This document shows positions 37,815-46,488 of a stretch of DNA of 64,000 bases, one piece after another (the stretch's first letter is position 1; each line of letters starts with the position of its first letter). The notes below the pieces were generated by a model, which saw nothing but the letters and a program-made list of their open reading frames with translations, had not been told where the DNA came from and did not search any database. Made by a program: the position numbers and the translations under genes. The stretch is from Desulfobacterales bacterium (lineage in GTDB: Bacteria; Desulfobacterota; Desulfobacteria; Desulfobacterales; SpSt-501), in assembly GCA_041736435.1 (NCBI GenBank), contig JBGSTS010000150.1, positions 6,124-70,123 on the forward strand, written 5' to 3'.

Positions 37815-39659
37815 ATGAAACAATTTATAAGATGGTTGAGCAAATGCATCTCCGGTGGCTGGAGATTTCTCACTTTTTGCCGTAGGGCTGCTGGCAACAT
37901 TATTTTTATTGCCTTGGTGGTTGTTGCGCTGGCCTTGCTCTTTGCCAACAGGAGCTACAAGATTCCGGAACGGGCGGCCTTGGTGCTGTCGCCTTCCGGC
38001 ATGATCGTGGAGCAGCAAACCGAGCTCCAGTGGGGTAAACACCTTATCGACGATGAAGGCCCTTCGGAAACCCTGCTGCAGGACATCATCGACGCAGTCG
38101 ACCACGCCGCCGACGACCCGCGCATTCAAGCGATGTATCTTGACCTGCGCAAGCTGCAGGGCGCCGGGCTAAGCAAGCTTCAAGATATCGGTGCGGCCCT
38201 GAAGCGCTTTCGCGAATCGGGGAAGCCGGTCATCGCGTGGGGGGATTTCTACAATCAGCGGCACTATTATCTCGCAGCCCATGCCGACCGTGTTTATGTC
38301 AACCCCCTGGGGGGCGTGCTTCTGACGGGATTGGGCATCTATCAGAATTATTACAGGGCGGCACTCGAAAAGCTTCGGATCCGGTTTCACGTCTTCCGCG
38401 TCGGCCATTACAAATCGGCGCTGGAACCAGTTCTGCGCGATGACATGTCGGATTTCGACCGTGAAGCCAACACGGCGATGTTAAGCGTCCTCTGGAGCGC
38501 CTACACCGCCGATGTAGCCAAGTTGAGGAGTGTCGACCCGAAATCACTGGATGACTACATCAACCATTTTCCGGCCCATCTGACCTCTGCCGGCGGGCAG
38601 ATGGGAGCGCTGGCGCTGGATCATCATCTGGTGGACGGGCTAAAAACCCGCGACCAGCTTCGTGAGGAACTGATTCGTCTAGTGGGCGAAGACCGCAAGA
38701 ATAACACCTTCAACCAGGTAGGATTTGCCGATTATGTGAGGGTTATGCGCTCATCGTCTCCTACTGCGGCGGATGAAAGCAGGGTCGGCGTCATCGTCGC
38801 TCAGGGTATGCTTCTCGAAGGATCTCAACCGGCCGGCAGGATCGGCGGCGACTCGCTTTCCGCCCTGATCCGGCAGGTCCGACGCGACAGCCGCATTCGG
38901 GCCCTGGTGCTGCGAATCGACAGCCCGGGCGGAAGCGCATTCGCCTCGGACCAGATCCGACGCGAGCTGGAACTCACGCGTCTGGCCGGTTTGCCGGTGG
39001 TGATTTCTATGAGTTCCGTTGCGGCCTCCGGCGGCTACTGGATCGCCACTGCCGCAGACGAAATCTGGGCCTCACCGACGACCATCACCGGATCGATCGG
39101 CATTTTCAGTGCATTCCCGACTTTCGAAAAAGCGTTGGAGGCCATCGGCATCCGCAATGACGGCGTCGGCACCACCCGACTGGCCGACGCGTTCAATCCC
39201 TACCGCCCCATGAACCCGCTGCTGGCCCAGTCCCTGGAGCAACTCATGCAGCAGGGCTACCGTATATTTATCGATCGTGTGGCCGCGGGGCGAAACATGA
39301 CAACACACGCTGTCGAAAAAATCGCCGAAGGTCGTGTGTGGGCGGGGCAACACGCCTTGGCAATCGGTTTGGTCGACAAGCTCGGGCACTCCCGGGATGC
39401 CATCGCGGCTGCTGCGCAGCGAGCCGGGCTGGAGCGCTACCGCGTCGAGCTCATCCAGCCGCCGTTGACCCGAAGAGAGCAGCTTTTGAAACATCTCGGA
39501 GACCTGGTAACAACGGCTTGGCGCAGCGTAGGATCGTCCCTGCTTCCAGCGGAGGTGGCCTGGTTGAAAACCCAATTGGCATCCCCCGAAACGGAATTGC
39601 TAAGCTTGAAAGACCCCGGCGGGCTGTATGCGTTTTGCCTGAACTGCGGCAGCCCTTGA
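37815..39659 (+). CDS. sppA: Signal peptide peptidase SppA, 67K type
   Basis: 614 aa with an N-terminal TM helix and two tandem S49 domains (..SMSSVAASGGYWIA..). Confidence 0.85.
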   Translation: MKQFIRWLSKCISGGWRFLTFCRRAAGNIIFIALVVVALALLFANRSYKIPERAALVLSPSGMIVEQQTELQWGKHLIDDEGPSETLLQDIIDAVDHAADDPRIQAMYLDLRKLQGAGLSKLQDIGAALKRFRESGKPVIAWGDFYNQRHYYLAAHADRVYVNPLGGVLLTGLGIYQNYYRAALEKLRIRFHVFRVGHYKSALEPVLRDDMSDFDREANTAMLSVLWSAYTADVAKLRSVDPKSLDDYINHFPAHLTSAGGQMGALALDHHLVDGLKTRDQLREELIRLVGEDRKNNTFNQVGFADYVRVMRSSSPTAADESRVGVIVAQGMLLEGSQPAGRIGGDSLSALIRQVRRDSRIRALVLRIDSPGGSAFASDQIRRELELTRLAGLPVVISMSSVAASGGYWIATAADEIWASPTTITGSIGIFSAFPTFEKALEAIGIRNDGVGTTRLADAFNPYRPMNPLLAQSLEQLMQQGYRIFIDRVAAGRNMTTHAVEKIAEGRVWAGQHALAIGLVDKLGHSRDAIAAAAQRAGLERYRVELIQPPLTRREQLLKHLGDLVTTAWRSVGSSLLPAEVAWLKTQLASPETELLSLKDPGGLYAFCLNCGSP

Positions 39660-39738
39660 CCTGTGGCGTTTCGGGCGGCCCGGTGGCCAACACTCGCTGG
39701 AGTTACCATCACGGATCATAGAGAACGGAGGAGGGTTA

Positions 39739-40059
39739 ATGCGAGATAAAAAGGGTATCAAGCGCGATATACTAGGCAAGTTCCGGTCCTTGAACGCGGT
39801 CAGCGATGAAATGCTTCCCCCGCACTGGCTGGAGCTTGTCTATTTGAAAGGGCTGTCAGCCGACGACAAGAAAATCTTCAAGCGCGCCATTCAGGAGCTG
39901 ATGTCGGTAGGGATCGTGGAGAATGTCGAAGGAACAGGCCTGAACCTAAGACTCACCCAAAAAGGCGAAAACCTGATTTACTCGGGTGAAAATCAAAAAT
40001 CGGGGCGAGAGCCGGGATCGGACGGCGGGGCGTTCCAGTTCAGCGGGTCGGAGGCCTGA
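39739..40059 (+). CDS. Hypothetical protein (106 aa)
   Basis: Strong RBS (GGAGGAGGG). The sequence looks like a small helical, possibly winged-helix protein. Family not recognised. Confidence 0.5.
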   Translation: MRDKKGIKRDILGKFRSLNAVSDEMLPPHWLELVYLKGLSADDKKIFKRAIQELMSVGIVENVEGTGLNLRLTQKGENLIYSGENQKSGREPGSDGGAFQFSGSEA

Positions 40060-40157
40060 GGCCTGCACGCATCGTAGGCTATCCAGGCCTTCAAAGAAAA
40101 CAGAAGGCGGCCTGCACTCACCGTGACAAGCCACCTTTTGAGCATGAACCGTTGTCT

Positions 40158-40472
40158 TTATTTCAGCAGATCGTTCAGCAAGGATTCCCGTATCATTTTC
40201 CCGGCGATTTCATCCGCCTTGATCTCGTAACTCCCGTTCTCGATCTGAGCTCTCAGCTCGGTAACTTTGTCGACTCTCACGTCCGGAATTGTCTGAAGCT
40301 GCCTTTGAGCCTCTTGGATTCGCCGGGCCGCATCGGAAATTACCACGGTATCATCGTTGATTCCCTGCTGGTGACCGGCCTTTTCGCCGATGGGCTCGGT
40401 TTTCTGCTTAGCCTGAACCTGATTGAGATACGCATCAACCGAAAGCGTTTGGTTTTTATCTGAAATTTGCAT
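40158..40472 (-). CDS. flgM: Anti-sigma-28 factor FlgM
   Basis: ~104 aa with the conserved C-terminal FlgM region (..VRVDKVTELRAQIENGSYEIKADEIAGKMI..). AAGGAG RBS precedes ATG 40472. Confidence 0.8.
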   Translation of the reverse strand: MQISDKNQTLSVDAYLNQVQAKQKTEPIGEKAGHQQGINDDTVVISDAARRIQEAQRQLQTIPDVRVDKVTELRAQIENGSYEIKADEIAGKMIRESLLNDLLK

Positions 40473-40575
40473 GGATCGTCTCCTTTGCAACACCGTGCGA
40501 CTCAACCGCAGGGCGTATGGTCACATTTTAACAAGGCGCTCAGTGTGAGTCAAACTGCGCCGTTGGTTGATATCT

Positions 40576-40602
40576 GTATCGGTCTTTCGGGAGAGGACTT
40601 TA
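40576..40602 (-). promoter_or_regulatory. Sigma-28 (FliA)-type promoter for flgM
   Basis: The minus strand reads TAAA-N15-ACCGATAC (consensus TAAA-N15-GCCGATAA), about 100 nt upstream of the flgM ATG. Confidence 0.5.
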
Positions 40603-40737
40603 GCTTTTTTTTTCACAATTTGTTGCATTTTCCAAAAAACCCAAATTGTCCTCCGGATTCTTTTCCGCTATGATGTCGGAGTCGGCCCCAGTGGCAAGTC
40701 GACGGCTGAACATGTCACCGGCCGGACGCTGAGCAGC

Positions 40738-41247
40738 ATGCACCTTAAAAATGACGGTACATACCGCAAGGCTCTTAATAGCGCCTTGCGCATTCTCGCA
40801 CGCCGGGATCACTCCACCTTGGAGCTACGCCAGAAACTGGAGGCAAAGGGACATCCGGCGGAGGCCATCCGGCGCGCCGTCGTCGAGTGCCAGCGTTTGG
40901 GCTACCTGAATGATGAGCGTACGGCACATGCTGTGATCAACCGCTTCAAACACAAAGGGTGCGGGATCCGACGCATCCGCTTCGAGTTGCGGCAACACGG
41001 GTTGTCCAGCGATCACTTCATGGAACTGCTGCAGAGGGGATTCAGCCCAGAGGAGGAACTCGCTCTGGCCCGCCGGACGCTTGCACGAAAATTAAACGCC
41101 TGTTCCGCAGCGGAGGGAGTGCTGGCTCAAAAAAGTCGCCTCCACCGATTCCTGTTCGGCCGCGGCTACTCGGAATTCGCTATCAGAACAGCGCTTGACG
41201 AACTCGGCGCCGTTGAACGACAGGATATGAAGACCCCCGCAAAATAG
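40738..41247 (+). CDS. recX: Recombination regulator RecX
   Basis: 169 aa with three-repeat helical RecX sequence (..ALRILARRDHSTLELRQKL..GYLNDERTA..). Start placed at ATG 40738. Confidence 0.75.
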   Translation: MHLKNDGTYRKALNSALRILARRDHSTLELRQKLEAKGHPAEAIRRAVVECQRLGYLNDERTAHAVINRFKHKGCGIRRIRFELRQHGLSSDHFMELLQRGFSPEEELALARRTLARKLNACSAAEGVLAQKSRLHRFLFGRGYSEFAIRTALDELGAVERQDMKTPAK

Positions 41248-41364
41248 GACAAAACCTTGACCGCACCGCTATGCACTGCGGGCTTCTTCAGATACACCCC
41301 TCTCCCAACGGGTGCTACCCGTCCTCTTGACCGGGCGTAGTGGCTTGGTTGTCGGTGCAACGGA

Positions 41365-42222
41365 TCAAAGCGTTTCAGCCGAAAAAGTGTTGCACTGCCC
41401 GACATTGCCGGTGTCGAATCCGCGCTTGAACCAGCGCATGCGTTGCGCGGAGCTTCCGTGGGTGAAAGAGTCCGGCGTCACATACCCCCGCGATTGTCGC
41501 TGGATACGGTCGTCCCCGATGCTGCTGGCCGCATTAAGGGCCTCTTCGATGTCCCCTTCCTCGAGAATCTGGCGGGAACTTTGCGCGTGGTGGGCCCACA
41601 CGCCGGACAGGCAGTCCGCCTGCAGCTCCATCATTACCGATAGCCGGTTAGCCTCCGTCTCGCTGCCGCGGCCGCGCTCTGACTGGACCTTCTCAGCGAT
41701 CCCGAGCAGGTTCTGGACATGATGGCCGATTTCGTGAGCGATCACGTAGGCTTGGGCAAAGTCCCCCGGTGCGCCGAATCGGCTCTGCAGGTCTCGGTAA
41801 AAGCTTAAGTCAATGTAGACGTTCCGGTCGGCCGGACAGTAAAAAGGACCGACCGCAGCCGACGCCATTCCGCAGGCAGATGCCACCGAGCCTGAAAACA
41901 GCACAAGGTTGGGCGCTTCGTAGTCTTTTCCCATTCGTTGGAACAATACGCTCCAGACATCCTCGGTGTCGGCCAATACCACCGCCACGAAATCGGCCAA
42001 GCGGTTTTCCTCGGCCGTGCCCGAGTAGGGCGTGGATTGCGCGGAGGGATCGGGAGGCTGTAACGGGTTTTGTTGCAGGATAATGGATGGGTCAACTCCG
42101 AAGTACAGGGCAACCAAAACCAGAACCAGGGTGCCTATCCCGCCACCGGCAACGCCTCGAGAAACCCGCATGCCACGGCGGTCTTCCACTCGGTCGCTTC
42201 GCCTGCCGCTTTCCCAGCGCAT
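41365..42222 (-). CDS. YpfJ-family neutral zinc metallopeptidase
   Basis: N-terminal Arg-rich segment plus a TM helix, and the HEIGHH zinc motif. Confidence 0.8.
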   Translation of the reverse strand: MRWESGRRSDRVEDRRGMRVSRGVAGGGIGTLVLVLVALYFGVDPSIILQQNPLQPPDPSAQSTPYSGTAEENRLADFVAVVLADTEDVWSVLFQRMGKDYEAPNLVLFSGSVASACGMASAAVGPFYCPADRNVYIDLSFYRDLQSRFGAPGDFAQAYVIAHEIGHHVQNLLGIAEKVQSERGRGSETEANRLSVMMELQADCLSGVWAHHAQSSRQILEEGDIEEALNAASSIGDDRIQRQSRGYVTPDSFTHGSSAQRMRWFKRGFDTGNVGQCNTFSAETL

Positions 42223-42563
42223 GACTCACACGCTCCGTTTCAGTTGAGGTTCAACAGATAAAGACCAACGGACCCCATCAAATTGGTCTTTTTAAATAAA
42301 GATAGAGGCCAACTAAGGCCACGTCAACGGCGGCAGGGGCAGCGATTCTTTTCAGGGTCGGCCATGGGTATCCTCATCGGGCCCGACCGCCATCTTGACG
42401 CTTATGATTTCATCTATGACGTCCGGTTGAAGCAGGTGGATGGCAACCGACGCCGCCGGGGCGCCCGGCTGGGCGATGCCGTCACGGTCGAGGAAGCCCG
42501 TGACCTCGCACCCCAGCCCGAGCTCGGAGACGGCGATCCCCTGCGATCCTGGCATTCTCTGGT

Positions 42564-43001
42564 TCAGGCCACCACCCACACGGCGCAATTGCGGGCGTGG
42601 CTGACGATCTTGCTCGAAACGCTGCCGAAGAGAAACTCCTCCTTGCGGGGGCTTCGAAAACATTCGAAGGAGATACCGCTGATGGTGGCGGTGAACTGCT
42701 CGTGAAACACCAGTTTGATGATTTTCATCTCGCCGGAAACCAGGTCGATGCAACGCTTCACCCAGTGCTTGACCTCGTCGTCCAGGCCGAAGCGGCCTTC
42801 CCTGGCGTTGTTGCGAACAAGGTAAGGCCTGCCCGCAAGCTGGATGACATCGCCGGCGTCCACGCGGAAGAAATCCGATGTGTCGGTCACGATCCGCAGA
42901 TCCTGCGGCCGGCCCGGGACCGCCAGCCAGCGTACGGCCAGCGCGTGGATATCGGTGCGCGACCACCTGCAATCTGAACCCGGCGTTGCGTGATCCGGCA
43001 T
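42564..43001 (-). CDS. Hypothetical protein (145 aa), possibly the 5' part of a disrupted gene
   Basis: The codon-position G+C pattern supports this frame (tallied over 42721-42780). The coding phase changes downstream of its TGA (see findings). Family not recognised. Confidence 0.4.
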   Translation of the reverse strand: MPDHATPGSDCRWSRTDIHALAVRWLAVPGRPQDLRIVTDTSDFFRVDAGDVIQLAGRPYLVRNNAREGRFGLDDEVKHWVKRCIDLVSGEMKIIKLVFHEQFTATISGISFECFRSPRKEEFLFGSVSSKIVSHARNCAVWVVA

Positions 43002-43289
43002 CGCGTCATCATCCCGGTAGAATGTCCAAGCCGATCGGGTGGTTCGGCCGCTCTTTCAACGGAAGCGCGGCGCAGTGCTGAACCAGAATAGCCTCCTTCG
43101 ATGACGATGGCAACCTCAACGGACCGCATCGACGGGTCGACACCGGAGGCAATCGAGTGGGGCGGGGGGGATCGTACGGGGCGGGAGGGCATTTTCAAGA
43201 GTGGCGGGGATAAATTCAGCTAATGTCCCGTCTCATTCCTGCCGATACCTCTCGCACGGCTGAAAGATCCCTGAGGAGACCTTGCCCCC

Positions 43290-43532
43290 ATGAGAGACCG
43301 GCTACCCCAGTTCGTCAAAATGAGTGCCGATCGCGAGGAAAACCCGCCCCCTCGCGCCGTCGGCTGCCCGGACTACCGCCGCTGCCTGAACGAAGCGGCC
43401 TACAACAATTATGGTCTCGACTGCAGCCGGTGCGACACCGCTGAAAATGCGGATCGCAATCCGGCCCCCATCCCGCACCCCCGTTTGCAAAAAACCCTCA
43501 CCGCCCCCGACTTTTCATGCATCCCTGCCTGA
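43290..43532 (+). CDS. Possible small Cys4 protein (80 aa)
   Basis: G/C-rich third codon positions. Motif GCPDYRRC-x14-CSRC (C-x5-C-x14-C-x2-C). GAGGAG lies 11 nt upstream. It is directly upstream of the GT-C/GT2 pair. Confidence 0.35.
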   Translation: MRDRLPQFVKMSADREENPPPRAVGCPDYRRCLNEAAYNNYGLDCSRCDTAENADRNPAPIPHPRLQKTLTAPDFSCIPA

Positions 43533-43626
43533 CCACACCAACTTCCGGTTGACAGCCACTGCAGCTTGGTGTAAAAACTCTTCCATCTATCAGCAGTATT
43601 TCCAGTAGGTTATAAATTGGCCGTCG

Positions 43627-45249
43627 GTGCCCGTGACCCCAAGCTTCCGTCGACGTATGCGATTCATGCGATTATTGCTAGGCCTAACGCCAATCGCATT
43701 CGGCTTGAGCATTCTATGGCTTGGCCAGGATACATCCTGGGACTTGCGCAACTATCACTTCTACAACCCGTTTGCCTTCCTCAACAACCGCCTCGGGCAT
43801 GACGTGGCGGTCGCCCACGTGGCGACATACTACAATCCTCTGATGTACCTGGCTTTTTATTGGGCTGTGACCTCACTGCCGCCCCAGTGGGTGGGATTTC
43901 TGCTGGGCTTCATCCCCGCCCTGAATGTGTTCCCGATTTTCGGCATTGCCCGCAGAGTGGTGGTTTTGAGCCGCCCGCTCCAAACCGCGTGGTTTTGCTT
44001 TTTTCTGAGTACGGTCGCGATGCTCGGCGCAATCAACCTCGCCGAAATCGGGACCAGCTTCGGCGACAACGTATTGAGCCTGCCGGTGCTCTCGGCGATC
44101 TGGTTGATTGTGCGATTCCGCGAGCGTCTCTGCGCATCGGTCCGCGCCGGTTGGCCGGCCGCCGTTGCTGCCGGAGTTCTCGCCGGGTCCGCCTTGGGCT
44201 TAAAACTGCCGTTCGCCGTCTACTGCGTTGGGATCTGCGCGGCCTTTTTCGGGCTGTCCGCACCCTTCGGCAGGCGATTCGCCCTGGCCTTCTTATTCGG
44301 CCTGGGAGTGCTGGCCGGTGCGTCCCTGACCGGCGGCTTCTGGCTGCTTGAAATGTGGCAGCGATTCCAGAACCCGTTCTTCCCCTATTTTAACGAGGTT
44401 TTCAAATCCCCCTGGGGGGCGCTCGGCTCCTACCGGGATGAACGCTTTATTCCCACCGGCCTCCTCATGTGGCTCTCGTTTCCTATCTGGTTCAATATCG
44501 ATCCGATGCAGGTGGGCGAAGTGGGATTCCGGGACCTGAGGTTCCCCCTGCTCTACCTTCTATTGCTGCTGATGCTGGGCCGCATGCTGCTGCAGCGTCT
44601 GCAGCGCTGCGGCAGCACGGATCCGCACGGTGAAACTTTTGCCCCCATGACTCCTTTTTTCATTATTTTCATGGTGGTCGCCTTTGTTCTCTGGATGAAG
44701 CTCTTCGCCGTGTACCGGTATGCGGTCGTTTGCGAATTCCTGGCCCCGCTGACCGTTTTCCTCTTACTGGAACTGCTTCTGAAAGACGAGCGGCGGCGGT
44801 TGATGACGGCGGTAGGGTGCCTGGTCTTTCTGCTCGTCACCCTCGCCCCCGGCAACTGGGGCCGAAGGCCGTGGAGCGACGATTATTTCGATATACGGCT
44901 GCCGGAGCTCGCCAAGACCCGAAAGGCCGTTGTTCTCAGCGCAGGCCATGAGCCTATGGGCTACTTGATCCCTTATTTTCCACCCGAGGTTCGGTTTCTG
45001 CGCATCCAAGGTTTCGTGACCGGGCCCTCGCCGCACTTGAACGAAACGGACCGGACGATGATGAAAATTCTGGCCGACCACACCGGCCCGATGATGGTCC
45101 TCTACAAAAACTTCGAGGAAGGCCACGCGCTGGAGGCACTGGAGTTCTACGGTCTTAAACTGGAACCCGCCACCTGTGAGCGCTTCCTTCCGGATATCGA
45201 GCCGTATCGGGACTATGTGTTCCACCTGTGCACGGTCACCCGGAAGTAG
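43627..45249 (+). CDS. Polytopic membrane protein, GT-C-like glycosyltransferase candidate
   Basis: 540 aa with about 11-13 TM helices. There is an acidic/aromatic first loop (SWDLRNYHFYNPF) and a C-terminal soluble domain. It is followed 21 nt later by a polyprenyl-phosphate GT2. The start is uncertain (GTG 43627 or ATG 43657). Confidence 0.5.
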   Translation: MPVTPSFRRRMRFMRLLLGLTPIAFGLSILWLGQDTSWDLRNYHFYNPFAFLNNRLGHDVAVAHVATYYNPLMYLAFYWAVTSLPPQWVGFLLGFIPALNVFPIFGIARRVVVLSRPLQTAWFCFFLSTVAMLGAINLAEIGTSFGDNVLSLPVLSAIWLIVRFRERLCASVRAGWPAAVAAGVLAGSALGLKLPFAVYCVGICAAFFGLSAPFGRRFALAFLFGLGVLAGASLTGGFWLLEMWQRFQNPFFPYFNEVFKSPWGALGSYRDERFIPTGLLMWLSFPIWFNIDPMQVGEVGFRDLRFPLLYLLLLLMLGRMLLQRLQRCGSTDPHGETFAPMTPFFIIFMVVAFVLWMKLFAVYRYAVVCEFLAPLTVFLLLELLLKDERRRLMTAVGCLVFLLVTLAPGNWGRRPWSDDYFDIRLPELAKTRKAVVLSAGHEPMGYLIPYFPPEVRFLRIQGFVTGPSPHLNETDRTMMKILADHTGPMMVLYKNFEEGHALEALEFYGLKLEPATCERFLPDIEPYRDYVFHLCTVTRK

Positions 45250-45270
45250 CTCGGCAGAAAGGACTCTCGG

Positions 45271-46215
45271 ATGAGCTTCGACGAATCCATCAACGCCCGA
45301 ATAGCGGTGATCCTGCCGTGCTACAACGAAGCGGCAGCGATCGGGGATGTGGTGCGCGAGTTTCGCGCAGCCCTGCCGGAAGCCATCGTTTACGTATACG
45401 ATAACAACTCCCGGGACGACACGGCAGCGCTCGCCCGTGACGCCGGTGCGGTGGTGCGCCGCGAGACACGGCAGGGCAAGGGCCACGTGGTGCGTCGCAT
45501 GTTCGCCGATGTGGAGGCCGACATCTACGTACTGGCTGACGGCGACGGCACCTACGATGCCGCGAGTGCACCGGATTTAGTGGGAAAACTCGTCGTCGAG
45601 CGGCTGGACATGGTGGTCGGATCTCGACTGACCGCCTACGAGGGGGAAGCCTTCCGCCGCGGACATCGCTTTGGAAATGACTTACTGACCGGCTTTCTCG
45701 GGCTGTGCTTCGGACGCACCTTTACCGACATCCTCTCCGGCTATCGCGTCTTCTCGAGGCGTTACGTGAAGTCCTTCCCGGCGCTTTCCAAGGGGTTCGA
45801 GACCGAGACCGAACTTTCGGTGCATGCCCTTGAACTGCGGATGCCGATCGCCGAGATCTCCACTCCATACCGGGCCCGGCCTGAAGGCTCCGCCAGCAAG
45901 CTGCGGACCTTCCGCGACGGTTTCCGAATACTGATGATGATATTAAACCTCTTCAAGGAGGAACGGCCCCTGGCGTTCTTCTCCATCATCGCCGGCGCTC
46001 TCGCCTTGGCGGCCTTAATCCTCGCCTACCCGGTCATACTCACCTATGCGGAGACCGGCCTGGTGCCGCGGTTCCCCACCGCCATCCTGTCCACAGGCCT
46101 CATGATCCTGGCCACGCTGAGCCTCACGAGCGGCTTCGTGCTCGACACCGTCACCCATGGCCGCCGGGAGATGAAGCGCCTGGCCTACCTGGCAATTCCA
46201 CCGCTTGGCGAGTGA
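45271..46215 (+). CDS. GT2 polyprenyl-phosphate glycosyltransferase (GtrB/ArnC/DPM1-like) with two C-terminal TM helices
   Basis: N-terminal GT-A domain (VILPCYNE..., DNNSRDDT, LADGDGTYD) plus two C-terminal TM helices. This is the GtrB-type architecture. Confidence 0.75.
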   Translation: MSFDESINARIAVILPCYNEAAAIGDVVREFRAALPEAIVYVYDNNSRDDTAALARDAGAVVRRETRQGKGHVVRRMFADVEADIYVLADGDGTYDAASAPDLVGKLVVERLDMVVGSRLTAYEGEAFRRGHRFGNDLLTGFLGLCFGRTFTDILSGYRVFSRRYVKSFPALSKGFETETELSVHALELRMPIAEISTPYRARPEGSASKLRTFRDGFRILMMILNLFKEERPLAFFSIIAGALALAALILAYPVILTYAETGLVPRFPTAILSTGLMILATLSLTSGFVLDTVTHGRREMKRLAYLAIPPLGE

Positions 46216-46488
46216 ACTGAAACAAACCGGCGCGCACATGACCTGCGCACGTCTGATCGAGTCCCAGACCCTATCCGATGAGGTCGCACGTTCTCTGCCG
46301 CACTTCAGCCCGCTGGGTCGAGTCCTATGCCGGCCGGATGGGCGTTCGGAAAAAGTATTTTGGAAAGAGCTCTTTTTGATATAAAGGGGTAGTGAATGCA
46401 ACGTTGCGAAGGCCCGAATCGCGGTGCAAGGCATACACCGCTGAGGAGGGCATATGCCGGGATTGAAGTGTCCCGAGAAGAGGGTCTT

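Noticed and set aside
42564-42566. TGA ending the 145-aa ORF read as selenocysteine
   Set aside because: Read-through in the same frame gives low-complexity junk (TRECQDRRGSPSPSSGWG...). The downstream periodicity is in a different phase, and I see no SECIS-like hairpin immediately 3' of the TGA.
46238-46387. 49-aa ORF (MTCARLIESQTLSDEV...) in the gap before the methyltransferase
   Set aside because: It has no RBS, only modest third-position G+C, and no recognisable feature. It cannot be distinguished from chance.
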